46,676 nucleotides of DNA, taken from assembly GCA_964386745.1 (NCBI GenBank), contig CAYLSZ010000004.1, forward strand, positions 1 to 46,676, in the 5' to 3' direction. Made by a program: the position numbers and the translations under genes. The notes under the pieces were generated by a model. That model was not told the origin of the DNA. It saw only the letters and a list, made by a program, of their open reading frames with translations, and did not search any database. Of this stretch, positions 30,266 to 39,912 are shown piece after piece (within the stretch, counting starts at the first letter, position 1; every line of letters starts with the position of its first letter). Source of the DNA: an uncultured Staphylococcaceae bacterium. Lineage in GTDB: Bacteria > Bacillota_I > Bacilli_A > RFN20 > CAG-826.

Positions 30266-30413
30266 TATCGATAATCGCTTTACAGCTACCACCACTACTA
30301 CAAGATCCTCCGCTACTACTTCCACCAACTAAGCCGACTACAATTAAAGTAATAACGCAGGCGATGACTAATACAACAAGAACTATTAATATAATTTTTA
30401 CAGTTTTACTCAC
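30246..30413 (-). CDS. Small 55-aa membrane protein with Gly/Ser/Cys-rich segment (not in ORF track)
   Basis: GTG start overlapping upstream stop, SD-like AAGGT; MSKTVKIILIVLVVLVIACVITLIVVGLVGGSSSGGSCSSGGSCKAIIDIISSLK. Confidence 0.65.
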   Translation of the reverse strand: MSKTVKIILIVLVVLVIACVITLIVVGLVGGSSSGGSCSSGGSCKAIIDIISSLK

Positions 30414-31215
30414 TTTCTTTTACCTTCTTTTTAAATTGGAAATCTTCAAGGGCTGCGCTTTTAACATCAAACAAAAGCGAGACGTTGATTAAAATTATAA
30501 CCACTATTGTATGAACCATCAAAGTAAAAAATCCCGCAATGATTCTAACTGATAATATAAATAAGAACGAATAGTTCAGCATATAGGCTTGAATTAGACT
30601 TCCAATCGGTATTTTTATAAACATATATGTAAAAAATAAACAGCTTGCTAAAGCGTAGATATTATAGTTTTTATTTATCCTTTTATTAGAAAACTTCTTC
30701 TTTACAACGAATAAGACTACGATGAATGCGATAGATAAAGCAAACGCTAACACTACAAGTAATACCTGAATCCAAGTTGCAATATGATAAGTCTTCGATC
30801 CATCGACTACATCATCATTTAATAAAAAATACAACAAAATAAAGAAACTAAATATCGATAAAACAATCGTTAAGGTTGTTGGAAATTTATTATCGATTTT
30901 TATCTTATTGAATAATTTATAAAAAATATAAGGAAATAAACCAGTCAATAAAGCAGGGATCGTATAAATAGGATTATATCCTCCACCTTGAGGAATTAAT
31001 ATTGCCCCTAAAGTATCGCTTGCTCCACCAACAATCATTCCCCAAACCGGTCCTAGATATATTGAAGCAAACATAACAACACTATTTGCTAAGGATATCT
31101 TTAAAAAAGACAAACCAAACAATCCAGGAATAGAAAAAAACCTCGATAAAATCACGCTTAAAGCAGTAAAAAGCGCGGCAAAACTTATCTTATAAAGGAT
31201 GGTTTGTTTACGCAT
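30406..31215 (-). CDS. ECF transporter S component, folate (FolT)-like
   Basis: ALFTALSVILSRF, LGPVWGMIVGGASDTLG, multiple TM helices. Confidence 0.75.
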   Translation of the reverse strand: MRKQTILYKISFAALFTALSVILSRFFSIPGLFGLSFLKISLANSVVMFASIYLGPVWGMIVGGASDTLGAILIPQGGGYNPIYTIPALLTGLFPYIFYKLFNKIKIDNKFPTTLTIVLSIFSFFILLYFLLNDDVVDGSKTYHIATWIQVLLVVLAFALSIAFIVVLFVVKKKFSNKRINKNYNIYALASCLFFTYMFIKIPIGSLIQAYMLNYSFLFILSVRIIAGFFTLMVHTIVVIILINVSLLFDVKSAALEDFQFKKKVKESE

Positions 31216-31216
31216 T

Positions 31217-31678
31217 TCACCCCTTTTTCATGGCTTTCGCCATTTTTCTATCGTCGTCGCGTTTTTTAATTGTTTCGCGTTTATCGACTAACTTTTTACC
31301 TTTACCTAAAGCGATTTCAATTTTACATAAACCACGCTTTAAATAAACTTTTGTAGGAATAATGGTATAGCCTTCTTTTTGAATTTGAAGATTAAGTTTT
31401 AATATCTCTTTTTTATGTAATAAAAGCTTTCGAGTTCTTAAAGGTTCATGATTATAAACAGTACCTTTTTCATATTGAGCGATATGCATATTAATAATAA
31501 AAGCTTCGTTATTATTAATAACGACATATGCGTCGTCAATCGAACAATTATGATTACGAATTGATTTAATTTCAGTTCCTTTAAGCTCAATTCCACATTC
31601 TAAAAAGTCGCTCAAAAAATAATTGAAATGAGCTTTTTTGTTGTTGACTAAAACTTTAATCGCATCCGTATTTGTCAT
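31217..31678 (-). CDS. smpB: SsrA-binding protein
   Basis: NKKAHFNY, GIELKGTEIKSIR, RKLLLHKKEI, GKGKK..DKR. Confidence 0.97.
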   Translation of the reverse strand: MTNTDAIKVLVNNKKAHFNYFLSDFLECGIELKGTEIKSIRNHNCSIDDAYVVINNNEAFIINMHIAQYEKGTVYNHEPLRTRKLLLHKKEILKLNLQIQKEGYTIIPTKVYLKRGLCKIEIALGKGKKLVDKRETIKKRDDDRKMAKAMKKG

Positions 31679-31781
31679 ATTTTAAGATTATACTTTATTT
31701 CGCTATTATTTTTTACAAAAATAATAGGTGAAGAATCTTTTTTGGCTCGCCAATTTCAAAAAAACTCTCATTTTTAGATTA

Positions 31782-31798
31782 ATAACCCTGCAGATCTC
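31782..31798 (+). repeat. Dispersed motif copy (intergenic, abutting copA stop)
   Basis: ATAACCCTGCAGATCTC followed by AACTATTTTTTT. Confidence 0.9.
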
Positions 31799-31800
31799 AA

Positions 31801-34035
31801 CTATTTTTTTCGTTTTTCTTTTTTTGTAGTTAAAAACAAGGTTAACGAATTAAGGCACACTGTAACACTACTTAAAGCCATTAATGCAGAGCAAATCATA
31901 GGACTTAAAGTGACTCCAAGTGTTGAAAATACTCCTGCAGCAATAGGAATAAAAACAATATTATAAATAAAAGCCCAGAATAAATTTGTGTTTATGTTTA
32001 TACGAATCTTTTTTGAGACTTTTAATATATTCAAAATGTCCATTAAATCGCTTCTCATCAATATAAAATCGCTACTACTAAGTGCAATATCGCTGCCTTT
32101 AGCAATTCCGATACCTACATCAGCTCTATTTAAAGCAATTGAATCGTTGACTCCATCACCTACCATTACTACTTTATGTCCTTCATTTTGTAATTTTTGG
32201 ATAACTTGGTCTTTATCAGTGGGTAAGACTTCGCTAATTGCTTCATTAACTCCTACTTCATCCGCAATTTTTCTAGCGATTGTTTCATTATCGCCCGTTA
32301 AAAGAATAATTCTTTTAAAATATTTCTTTGCTTCACTCACAAATTCACTAGCATTTTGATTTACCTTATCTTTTAAATAGAAAATCGCAAACACATTTGT
32401 TTCATTAAATGCAATCAAAGGGAGTAAACCTTGTGCATTATTTTCATCAATTTCTCTTAAAATTTCCTCATCAACTTTTGGGTTTAAACTTAACAAATAG
32501 TTTTTATTTCCGATGTAATATTTACCATCATTAAACGTTCCATATATCCCTTTTCCAGGTTCAATTCCACTACTAATAAATTCGTTTGATAATGAGCAAT
32601 TTGATAAATATTCAGTAATTCCTTTAGCTAATGGATGGTTAGAATATTTCTCTAAAGTAAAAATTTTATCCAAGATCTGCGGGTTTTTTTCTAAAAATAG
32701 GCACTTTTCTACCTCTAATTCGCCTTTGGTTATAGTGTTAGTTTTATCTAATACGAGGGTATCAACATCTTTAATATTTTCAATAGCTTCACTCTTATTT
32801 ACTAGCACCCCGTTTTTAGCAAATACACTCGATCCAACTAGCAACGATATAGGAGTTGCAAGTCCTAATGCACATGGACAACTAATAACTATAACACTAA
32901 CCGCATAGTTAAACGCTTGATTAAAATTACTAGGTTCTATACAAATCCAAACTATAAAAGTAATTATTGCTATAGCTAAAATAACTGGTACAAAATATCT
33001 AGAAACGACATCTATTTTTCTAGTAAGTTTAGTATCCATATTGCTAGCTTCCATAACTAGCGAAATTATTTTTGATAACGTCGAATCTTTCTTTTCTTTA
33101 TTAACTAAAACTTTAATTGACCCATCTCCATTTATAGAGCCGCCAATCACTTCATCATCTTCGCTTTTTACAACAGGTAAACTCTCTCCGCTAATGAGCG
33201 ATTCATCGACACTTGTCGTTCCAGCAATAATAATTCCATCAGCAGGAATAACTTCACCAGGTTTAACTAAAACAACATCTTTAAGCTTTAAAAATTTACT
33301 TTCAATATCGACTACTTCTCCACCCTTAACTAAATGCGCAGTTTTAGGTCTAAGTTTTAATAATTCAAGGATAGTATTTTTAGCTTTTCTTTTAGTTAAT
33401 GATTCAATATATTTTCCAACGCTTACTAAGACCAAAATCATCGCTGCCGCATCGTAATATACGTGAATATGACTAAACGAATGACTACTTGCTTGAACGG
33501 TATATAAAATCGTGTAATATAGACTATAAATTAACGAAAATAGACTCCCTAAAAATACGAGAGAGTCCATATTTGGAAATAATTTAAATAAAGCTTTAGC
33601 TCCATCCTTATAGTAATTAAAAAATAATCCAATTATTATTAAAGTTATGCCAAGTTGAACATATAGTCCAACGTATATAGGTTCTTTTAAAAAGAATGGA
33701 ATCGCTTCTTCATACATCGAACCCATGCCTAAATAGACTAAAGGTATAAGTAAAATGATTCCAATAATTAATTTTATTAATAAGGTTTTAGATTTATTTT
33801 TCTTATCTATAAAAAGATCGCTATCGTCATCGATAACTGTTAAATTATATCCAGCATCTTTACAGGCTTTAATGATTATTTCGTCGGTTATATCTTTTTC
33901 AACGTTAACTTTTACGCTACTAGTTATAACATTTGCTTCTACACTAATTACGCCTTTAACCTTTTTTAAAGTATTTTCAATCGTGGCTTTACAAGCCGCG
34001 CAATGCATATTCGATACCGAATATAATTTTTCCAT
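31801..34035 (-). CDS. copA: Cu(I)-type P1B ATPase, CopA-like
   Basis: N-terminal HCAAC HMA, CPCALGLATP, HP, GDGVND, YN and MALSS motifs; phosphorylation motif reads DKTNT. Confidence 0.85.
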   Translation of the reverse strand: MEKLYSVSNMHCAACKATIENTLKKVKGVISVEANVITSSVKVNVEKDITDEIIIKACKDAGYNLTVIDDDSDLFIDKKNKSKTLLIKLIIGIILLIPLVYLGMGSMYEEAIPFFLKEPIYVGLYVQLGITLIIIGLFFNYYKDGAKALFKLFPNMDSLVFLGSLFSLIYSLYYTILYTVQASSHSFSHIHVYYDAAAMILVLVSVGKYIESLTKRKAKNTILELLKLRPKTAHLVKGGEVVDIESKFLKLKDVVLVKPGEVIPADGIIIAGTTSVDESLISGESLPVVKSEDDEVIGGSINGDGSIKVLVNKEKKDSTLSKIISLVMEASNMDTKLTRKIDVVSRYFVPVILAIAIITFIVWICIEPSNFNQAFNYAVSVIVISCPCALGLATPISLLVGSSVFAKNGVLVNKSEAIENIKDVDTLVLDKTNTITKGELEVEKCLFLEKNPQILDKIFTLEKYSNHPLAKGITEYLSNCSLSNEFISSGIEPGKGIYGTFNDGKYYIGNKNYLLSLNPKVDEEILREIDENNAQGLLPLIAFNETNVFAIFYLKDKVNQNASEFVSEAKKYFKRIILLTGDNETIARKIADEVGVNEAISEVLPTDKDQVIQKLQNEGHKVVMVGDGVNDSIALNRADVGIGIAKGSDIALSSSDFILMRSDLMDILNILKVSKKIRININTNLFWAFIYNIVFIPIAAGVFSTLGVTLSPMICSALMALSSVTVCLNSLTLFLTTKKEKRKK

Positions 34036-34565
34036 TACTTAACCTCAATATTTATTTTGCGATAAACATCTACCATGCGATCTAAATTTGAGGAGTTTAC
34101 CATATTAATAGGGGTATCTAAACGTTGTTGAACGACTTCTTCGGATAGTCCTTCTTTTTTACCGGCTGCTAATATACCCATGCGAAAGAATTTTTGTTTA
34201 AACTTGCTAAAGCGTTTAAAATCGAGTCCTCCAGGAAGTAAATATAAACGGACGTGATAGTTATCGAGTCCATTTACAAAAATTACACTTTCTTTCTTCT
34301 CATCATTAATAGGTTCAATACCAGTAGCAAAAATAAAAATATTCTTTTCGCTTATAAGGTCATAAAATTTTAAAAATTTGTTAAGGCCTAAAATTTCGTT
34401 ATTTCTTAATGGTCCGCCAAAGAAAATGTTATCAGCATCTTTTAAAATCTTGCGATTAATTTTTTTGATGTCATAAACTTCGCTAGGAACAATTCTTCTA
34501 GAGAGCATTTCAGCATATTCTTTGGTAAATCCAGTGTTTGATTTATATATAATTACGTTTTTCAT
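34035..34565 (-). CDS. Flavodoxin-like protein
   Basis: IIYKSNTGFTKEYA phosphate-binding loop, FFGG. Confidence 0.8.
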   Translation of the reverse strand: MKNVIIYKSNTGFTKEYAEMLSRRIVPSEVYDIKKINRKILKDADNIFFGGPLRNNEILGLNKFLKFYDLISEKNIFIFATGIEPINDEKKESVIFVNGLDNYHVRLYLLPGGLDFKRFSKFKQKFFRMGILAAGKKEGLSEEVVQQRLDTPINMVNSSNLDRMVDVYRKINIEVK

Positions 34566-34641
34566 ACCCTTAAATTATACTTATCGACCTTCAATTAATA
34601 AATGAAAATGCACGTTTTTTTCACTTTTTATATCATCGTGC

Positions 34642-34671
34642 TTGACAGTTGAACAATTATTCAACTATTAT
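34642..34671 (+). promoter_or_regulatory. Promoter with ArsR/SmtB-type operator
   Basis: TTGACA-18bp-TATTAT with inverted repeat AGTTGAA-N6-TTCAACT (34647-34666) in the spacer. Confidence 0.75.
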
Positions 34672-34690
34672 ATTCATCGAGGAAAAGATT

Positions 34691-35044
34691 ATGAGTAATG
34701 AAAACGAAAAAGTTGCAATCTATAACCTAGAAAAAGTCAAAGATGCCAAAGAAAGAATGATTCCAGATCGTGAGATATATGATATCTCTGATTTCTTTAA
34801 GATATTTGGTGATTCGACAAGACTACAAATTCTTTGGGCTTTAGAATCAAACGAATTATCGGTTGGGGATATTTGTGCAGTACTCAATATGAGTAAATCT
34901 TCTGTCTCACATCAACTAAGATTTTTAAAAGATAACAAAATTGTTAAATATAGAAAACAAGGCAAAAACGTCCTTTATTCATTAGATGACTATCACGTTT
35001 CGGTAATTATTGAAACCGCTAGAGAACACTTAAGGGAGAAATAA
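34691..35044 (+). CDS. ArsR/SmtB family metal-responsive repressor
   Basis: FFKIFGDSTRLQIL, SSVSHQLRFLK, YSLDDYHV..EH alpha5 site; start set to ATG 34691 after GAGG. Confidence 0.92.
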   Translation: MSNENEKVAIYNLEKVKDAKERMIPDREIYDISDFFKIFGDSTRLQILWALESNELSVGDICAVLNMSKSSVSHQLRFLKDNKIVKYRKQGKNVLYSLDDYHVSVIIETAREHLREK

Positions 35045-35045
35045 T

Positions 35046-35261
35046 ATGGAAAGAATTTATTTATTTGAAGGGATCGATTGCGCTAATTGTGCACTCACTT
35101 TAGAAAGAAAGCTTAATAAAGTTGAAGGCATCAATAAATGCACCATTAACTTTATGAATAAAAAGGTTATTTTCGATCATGAAGAAAATGCGGATTTTGA
35201 AAAAATAGTTGAGATCTGCAGGGATTTTGAAGACGGAGTGACGTTAAAACGAATTAAATAG
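35046..35261 (+). CDS. Stand-alone heavy-metal-associated (HMA) domain protein
   Basis: GIDCANCA motif, between ArsR and ATPase genes. Confidence 0.88.
   Translation: MERIYLFEGIDCANCALTLERKLNKVEGINKCTINFMNKKVIFDHEENADFEKIVEICRDFEDGVTLKRIK
35211..35227 (-). repeat. Dispersed motif copy inside HMA gene (EICRD frame)
   Basis: Minus strand AAATCCCTGCAGATCTC followed by AACTATTTTTT. Confidence 0.9.
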
Positions 35262-35263
35262 TT

Positions 35264-37213
35264 ATGAAAAAGAAACTCGATTTATCATTTTTAATTATCG
35301 CTATTGTTATACTTTGTGTGACTTTAGTTTTACATTTTGTCGGCGATTATACCGATTTATTAGATGAATCAATCGAGTTATACGTCGTTCTTCCTTTAAC
35401 TTTAATTGCATATTTATTAATAAGTTATCCTTATTTTATTAAAGCGTTTAGACACATTAAAAATAAACAATTTTTCGATGAAATTGTCCTTACTTTAATC
35501 GCCACAATTGCTGCTTTTGCTATTCAAGAATTTGTTGAAGCTTTAGCGGTTATGGTCTTTTTTAGAATCGGTGAATATATTGAAAATATTGGCTATAAAA
35601 AATCGCAAGATAGTCTTAAATCGATCTTTGAAATGAGGCCTGATAACGTCACTTTATATGATAACGGCATCGAAAAAGTTGTCGATCCATATGACGTAAA
35701 AATCGATGATACATTTATCGTCAAACCAGGCGAAAGAATTCCTTTAGATGGCGTGATCGTTTCAGGAAAAAGTTCACTCGATACTTCTTCAATGACCGGT
35801 GAATCTAAGCCCGTTTCAGCAAAAGAAGGCGATGAAGTAATTAGTGGATGCGTAAATCAAAGCTCTCCTATAATTATCAAAGCTCAAAAAGAATTCTACG
35901 CTTCAACATTAAACCAAGTCTTAGAACTTGTTGAAAACGCCACCAATACTAAAACCAAAGAAGAAAAATTCATCTCAAAATTTGCCAAAATTTATACTCC
36001 TATAGTCGTTTTATTAGCCGTTTTAGTCGCTATCATCCCACCTTTATTTATAGGATATAACGATGCTTCTATTTGGTCTCAATGGATCTATACTGGAGCG
36101 ACATTCCTTGTCGTAAGTTGTCCTTGTTCGCTAGTTATTTCGGTTCCAATGGCTTTCTATATTGGAATTGGTAAAGCTAGTCAATATAAAGCTATAGTAA
36201 AAGGTAGCGTCTATATCGAAAAACTTAGAAAACTCGATACGATTGTTTTAGATAAAACCGGTACGATTACTAAGGGTAATTTTGAAGTCAGCAATATTGA
36301 TAAATATAGCGATGATTACGACATTGTCGAACTTGCAAATATTGCTGAGCACTTCTCTAATCATCCAATTGCTAAAGCTATTAAAAATATAGCTAAGGAT
36401 TATAAATATGATCCTATCGACATCAAAAACTATACCGAAGTTGAAGGAAAAGGTATCTATTTACTATATAAAAATAAAGAATTGATAGTCGGTAATGCTT
36501 CTTTAATGGAACAATACGATATCACTTATAAGGTTAATCAAAATGTTGGAACTATCATCTATGTCGCTTACGATAAAAACTTTATAGGTTCAATAACAAT
36601 TAAAGATATCATTAAAGACACGAGCGTCGAAGGTATTTCTAACTTCTATAAAAATGGCATTAATGATGTTTATATGTTGACTGGCGATAATGAACTAGTT
36701 GCTAATGATATAGCAAAAGTTGCTAATATCAATCACGTATACGCTTCACTTCTTCCTCAACAAAAAGGCGAAATTTTAAAAGATATTATTGCTAAAAAAG
36801 ATAAAAATAGTGTTGTCGCATTCGTTGGCGATGGCGTTAATGACGCATTGAGCTTAAAACTTGCCGATTTAGGAATCTCTATGGGTGGATTAGGTAGTGA
36901 TGCGGCTGTTAATAGTAGCGATATTGTTCTTATGGATGATAATTTGAATACTGTCAATACACTTAAAAATCTCGCTAACTCGACATTAGCTATCGTCTAT
37001 CAAAATATTATTTTAAGTATTGGAATAAAAGTTATAGTTCTTGCGCTCAACGCTTCTCAACTTTTAGGAAGCTATGCAATGTGGTTATCTATATTTGGCG
37101 ACGTTGGAGTCACACTTATCTGTGTTCTAAATTCGCTTAGATTACTTAAGAAAAATATAAAAGTTACTAAATCAAAAAGAACTAAAGCCCCTCAAAGAGC
37201 TCCTCAAGATTAA
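35264..37213 (+). CDS. cadA: Zn/Cd-type P1B ATPase, CadA/ZntA-like
   Basis: TGES, SCPCSL, DKTGT, HP, GDGVND, Lys in penultimate and DVG in last TM. Confidence 0.88.
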   Translation: MKKKLDLSFLIIAIVILCVTLVLHFVGDYTDLLDESIELYVVLPLTLIAYLLISYPYFIKAFRHIKNKQFFDEIVLTLIATIAAFAIQEFVEALAVMVFFRIGEYIENIGYKKSQDSLKSIFEMRPDNVTLYDNGIEKVVDPYDVKIDDTFIVKPGERIPLDGVIVSGKSSLDTSSMTGESKPVSAKEGDEVISGCVNQSSPIIIKAQKEFYASTLNQVLELVENATNTKTKEEKFISKFAKIYTPIVVLLAVLVAIIPPLFIGYNDASIWSQWIYTGATFLVVSCPCSLVISVPMAFYIGIGKASQYKAIVKGSVYIEKLRKLDTIVLDKTGTITKGNFEVSNIDKYSDDYDIVELANIAEHFSNHPIAKAIKNIAKDYKYDPIDIKNYTEVEGKGIYLLYKNKELIVGNASLMEQYDITYKVNQNVGTIIYVAYDKNFIGSITIKDIIKDTSVEGISNFYKNGINDVYMLTGDNELVANDIAKVANINHVYASLLPQQKGEILKDIIAKKDKNSVVAFVGDGVNDALSLKLADLGISMGGLGSDAAVNSSDIVLMDDNLNTVNTLKNLANSTLAIVYQNIILSIGIKVIVLALNASQLLGSYAMWLSIFGDVGVTLICVLNSLRLLKKNIKVTKSKRTKAPQRAPQD

Positions 37214-37412
37214 TCTCGAGTCCATCGGCAATTTTCTTTATAACAGATAGCGTTGGATTACGAGTTCCGCGTTCTAAGTCCCCTAAATAATTTTTAGAAA
37301 TATTCGAGCGAAAGCTAAGTTCTTCAATTGTGAGCTTAGCTTTTTTTCTTAAAAAACGGACACGCATTCCAAATTGGAAATTTATATCAAATTCATCAAG
37401 CTTCTTCATCAT
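37182..37412 (-). CDS. XRE family HTH regulator
   Basis: FGMRVRFLRK..LTIEELS....SKNYLGDLERGTRNPTL..IKKIADGL. Confidence 0.85.
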   Translation of the reverse strand: MMKKLDEFDINFQFGMRVRFLRKKAKLTIEELSFRSNISKNYLGDLERGTRNPTLSVIKKIADGLEINLEELFEGL

Positions 37413-38364
37413 AATGTAATCTTATAGCAATCTCTTTAATTTTTCTAAAATAATGATTTATGCGACTTTTCGATACGGTAGTTTCAAGTTCTTCGCCAAG
37501 TTCATTAGCAAGTTCTAAATATGTCGCTTCAGGATTTTCTAGTCTTAATCGACATAAAATTCGTACCGATTCGTTAGCAATATTTTTTATACCTAACTTT
37601 TTATCGATAAATTCAATCATCTCAACTTGCTTTTTAGCGCTTTCTAAAGTGCGAGCATAATTATACGTATCGCAAAGCATCAAACGATTCGTATTATTCG
37701 AATAATCGCGATTCATTCTTGTATTTTCAAATTCTAAACACGAATTATTTGCTTCGATATAGGCAAGAAACATACTAATTTGATCTGATTTTTTTAGATA
37801 TAAAACATATTGTTGTCTACGTTCGATCATTTTAAAGTTAAATTCAGTAACTTTAATTTTGTTTACAAGTTTCAAAACAGCTTTAGCAAAGTCTTCATTT
37901 TTAAAACTTATTTCAAGATGATAATTAGAACTTGATGGACTATTACAACTTCCACCAGTTAAAAATAAACCCGCAAAATATGCCTTAACTTTTACGTCCT
38001 TATTAGTTAGTTCAGTATCGATTTTACTATTCAAAAAATCTATTTTTAATGTGTTTAAAATTTCTTCACTATTTTCAATTTTTATAATATATTTCGTGGC
38101 TTTATTTAAGTTCATCATTTTCCTATAGGAAAATGACATCGCTAAATCAGGGAAGATTTTCTTTAATCCTTCATAGATAAAACGGATAACTTTCGCATTC
38201 TCTGCTTCTAAAGTTAAAGCATCTCTTCCATTAGAAAATAATAGGCTTCCATTTGCTCTAACAAAGCTTGATAAAAGTGAGATTAAAGAATCCTCCTCTA
38301 AATCGACAAAGGTATTGCATATTTCTTCTTTTATTACTTGAGTAAAACTCGTTGTCTCGTTCAT
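37396..38364 (-). CDS. whiA: DNA-binding protein WhiA
   Basis: SFTQVIKEE, GLFLTGGS.NSP..SNYHLE, LYLKKSDQI, NRL, VSKS.INH. Confidence 0.9.
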   Translation of the reverse strand: MNETTSFTQVIKEEICNTFVDLEEDSLISLLSSFVRANGSLLFSNGRDALTLEAENAKVIRFIYEGLKKIFPDLAMSFSYRKMMNLNKATKYIIKIENSEEILNTLKIDFLNSKIDTELTNKDVKVKAYFAGLFLTGGSCNSPSSSNYHLEISFKNEDFAKAVLKLVNKIKVTEFNFKMIERRQQYVLYLKKSDQISMFLAYIEANNSCLEFENTRMNRDYSNNTNRLMLCDTYNYARTLESAKKQVEMIEFIDKKLGIKNIANESVRILCRLRLENPEATYLELANELGEELETTVSKSRINHYFRKIKEIAIRLHYDEEA

Positions 38365-39272
38365 TTACTTAACCTTATACGATGAATAATTTCATTTGCA
38401 GCAGTTGCCCCTTCGCTAGTTGCTGTTACAATTTGCCTTAAAGATTTATAAATAATATCACCAACTGCAAATACATTTTTAGATGACGTTTCCATCAATT
38501 CATTAACCTTAATAAATGATTTTTCTTTATCTAAATTGAGTGAATTAAATATATATTCTTGAGGAATTTCTTTGGTAAATGGAAAACAAAATGAGACATC
38601 AATAGTTTCATCTTGATCAGTATCGTTATGATGAATTTTTACTGCTTCTAAGGTTTCTTCGCCTATATATTCGATGAGTTTAGCGTTATTTATTTCAACC
38701 ACATTTTCGTGCGAAAGAAGTTTTTCATATTCAGGAGTAACCTCAAAATCAGAATCATGAACCAAATATAATTTATTAACAAGGTCGACTAAATATAACG
38801 CTTCTATATATCCTCGAGCATTATATGCATAGACTAAAACATCCTTGCCTTTAGCAAAAAATCCATCGCAACTTGCACAATATGAAATACCTTTTCCGAC
38901 TAATTCATTCTCACCTTTTATCTTTAATTTACGATTTTCTAGACCAGTAGCAATGATTAAATATTCACACAAAAACTCCTCTTTTTGAGAAAAAACCCTG
39001 CAGATCTCCCCTTTTTTTTCTGTTTTTGTTACTTCATCTTCAATAACTTTTATATCTAAAAGCTTGAGTTGACTCGTAAATGACACATTTAAATCGAAGC
39101 CATTCGTATTAGGAATCCCAGGATAATTTTCTATCTTGTCGATTACATTTAATTTGCCACCGATAGGTCCTTTATTGATTAAAACAAAGTCAATATTAGC
39201 GCGCTTTAAAAAAATAGCCGCACTCATGCCAGCTACCCCCGCACCAATAATCACAACATTCGTTTTAATCAT
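38361..39272 (-). CDS. trxB: Thioredoxin reductase
   Basis: GAGVAG, IENYPG, GISYCASCDG, FAVGD, RQIVTA. Confidence 0.88.
   Translation of the reverse strand: MIKTNVVIIGAGVAGMSAAIFLKRANIDFVLINKGPIGGKLNVIDKIENYPGIPNTNGFDLNVSFTSQLKLLDIKVIEDEVTKTEKKGEICRVFSQKEEFLCEYLIIATGLENRKLKIKGENELVGKGISYCASCDGFFAKGKDVLVYAYNARGYIEALYLVDLVNKLYLVHDSDFEVTPEYEKLLSHENVVEINNAKLIEYIGEETLEAVKIHHNDTDQDETIDVSFCFPFTKEIPQEYIFNSLNLDKEKSFIKVNELMETSSKNVFAVGDIIYKSLRQIVTATSEGATAANEIIHRIRLSK
38992..39008 (+). repeat. Dispersed motif copy inside trxB (EICRV frame)
   Basis: Exact AAAACCCTGCAGATCTC. Confidence 0.9.
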
Positions 39273-39912
39273 AACTTTTTATCGCTTTATATAATTCTTT
39301 ATAACTTTTACAGAAACATAGCGGTTTCGTATCAATATTATAATGGCGTGGACATAAAGTCATTAATATTGCATTGATTGAGGCATTTTTTGCTGTTAGA
39401 TAATCATAATCCGTATCGCCAATAACTATCACTTCATCTTTTTTGATATCTTTATAATTACTTAAAATTTTAAGTAGCCCTTCAGGATTTGGTTTAGTTT
39501 CTTTAACATCATCGCTAGTTACGACATAGTCGAATAAGTCAAAAATATTAAACTTATTAAGACAATACTCAGTCCTTTCGCGATTTTTATTTGTTAAAAC
39601 TGCCAATTTATACCCATCCTTATGTAGTTGTTCTAATACTTCTATCTCACCTTTAAATAGTCTTGCCAAACTTTCATAATACTTCCTGGTAATTTCATTA
39701 TATTGATCACGCATATATTTGAAATCATATTCAGGTAAATATTTACTCATCGTATCCTTTATAGTTGGTCCGCTAAATGTAAGTATAAGATTATCATCAT
39801 ATTTAAAACTCTCATCTTTGAATTTTGAAAAAACTTCTTTCCGCGTGGCAAGAATTATCTCGTCAGTATCGATTAAAGTTCCATCAACATCAAAAACTAT
39901 AAGTTTAATCAT
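39265..39912 (-). CDS. HAD family hydrolase, PpaX-like
   Basis: FDVDGTLIDT, TNK, KPNPEG, IGD..YD; between lgt and trxB. Confidence 0.85.
   Translation of the reverse strand: MIKLIVFDVDGTLIDTDEIILATRKEVFSKFKDESFKYDDNLILTFSGPTIKDTMSKYLPEYDFKYMRDQYNEITRKYYESLARLFKGEIEVLEQLHKDGYKLAVLTNKNRERTEYCLNKFNIFDLFDYVVTSDDVKETKPNPEGLLKILSNYKDIKKDEVIVIGDTDYDYLTAKNASINAILMTLCPRHYNIDTKPLCFCKSYKELYKAIKSYD

Noticed and set aside
31200-31230. THF riboswitch before the FolT-like gene
   Set aside because: The gene starts 1 nt after smpB; there is no leader space.
34649-34690. Longer TTG start for the ArsR gene
   Set aside because: It falls within the promoter/operator; ATG 34691 has an SD.
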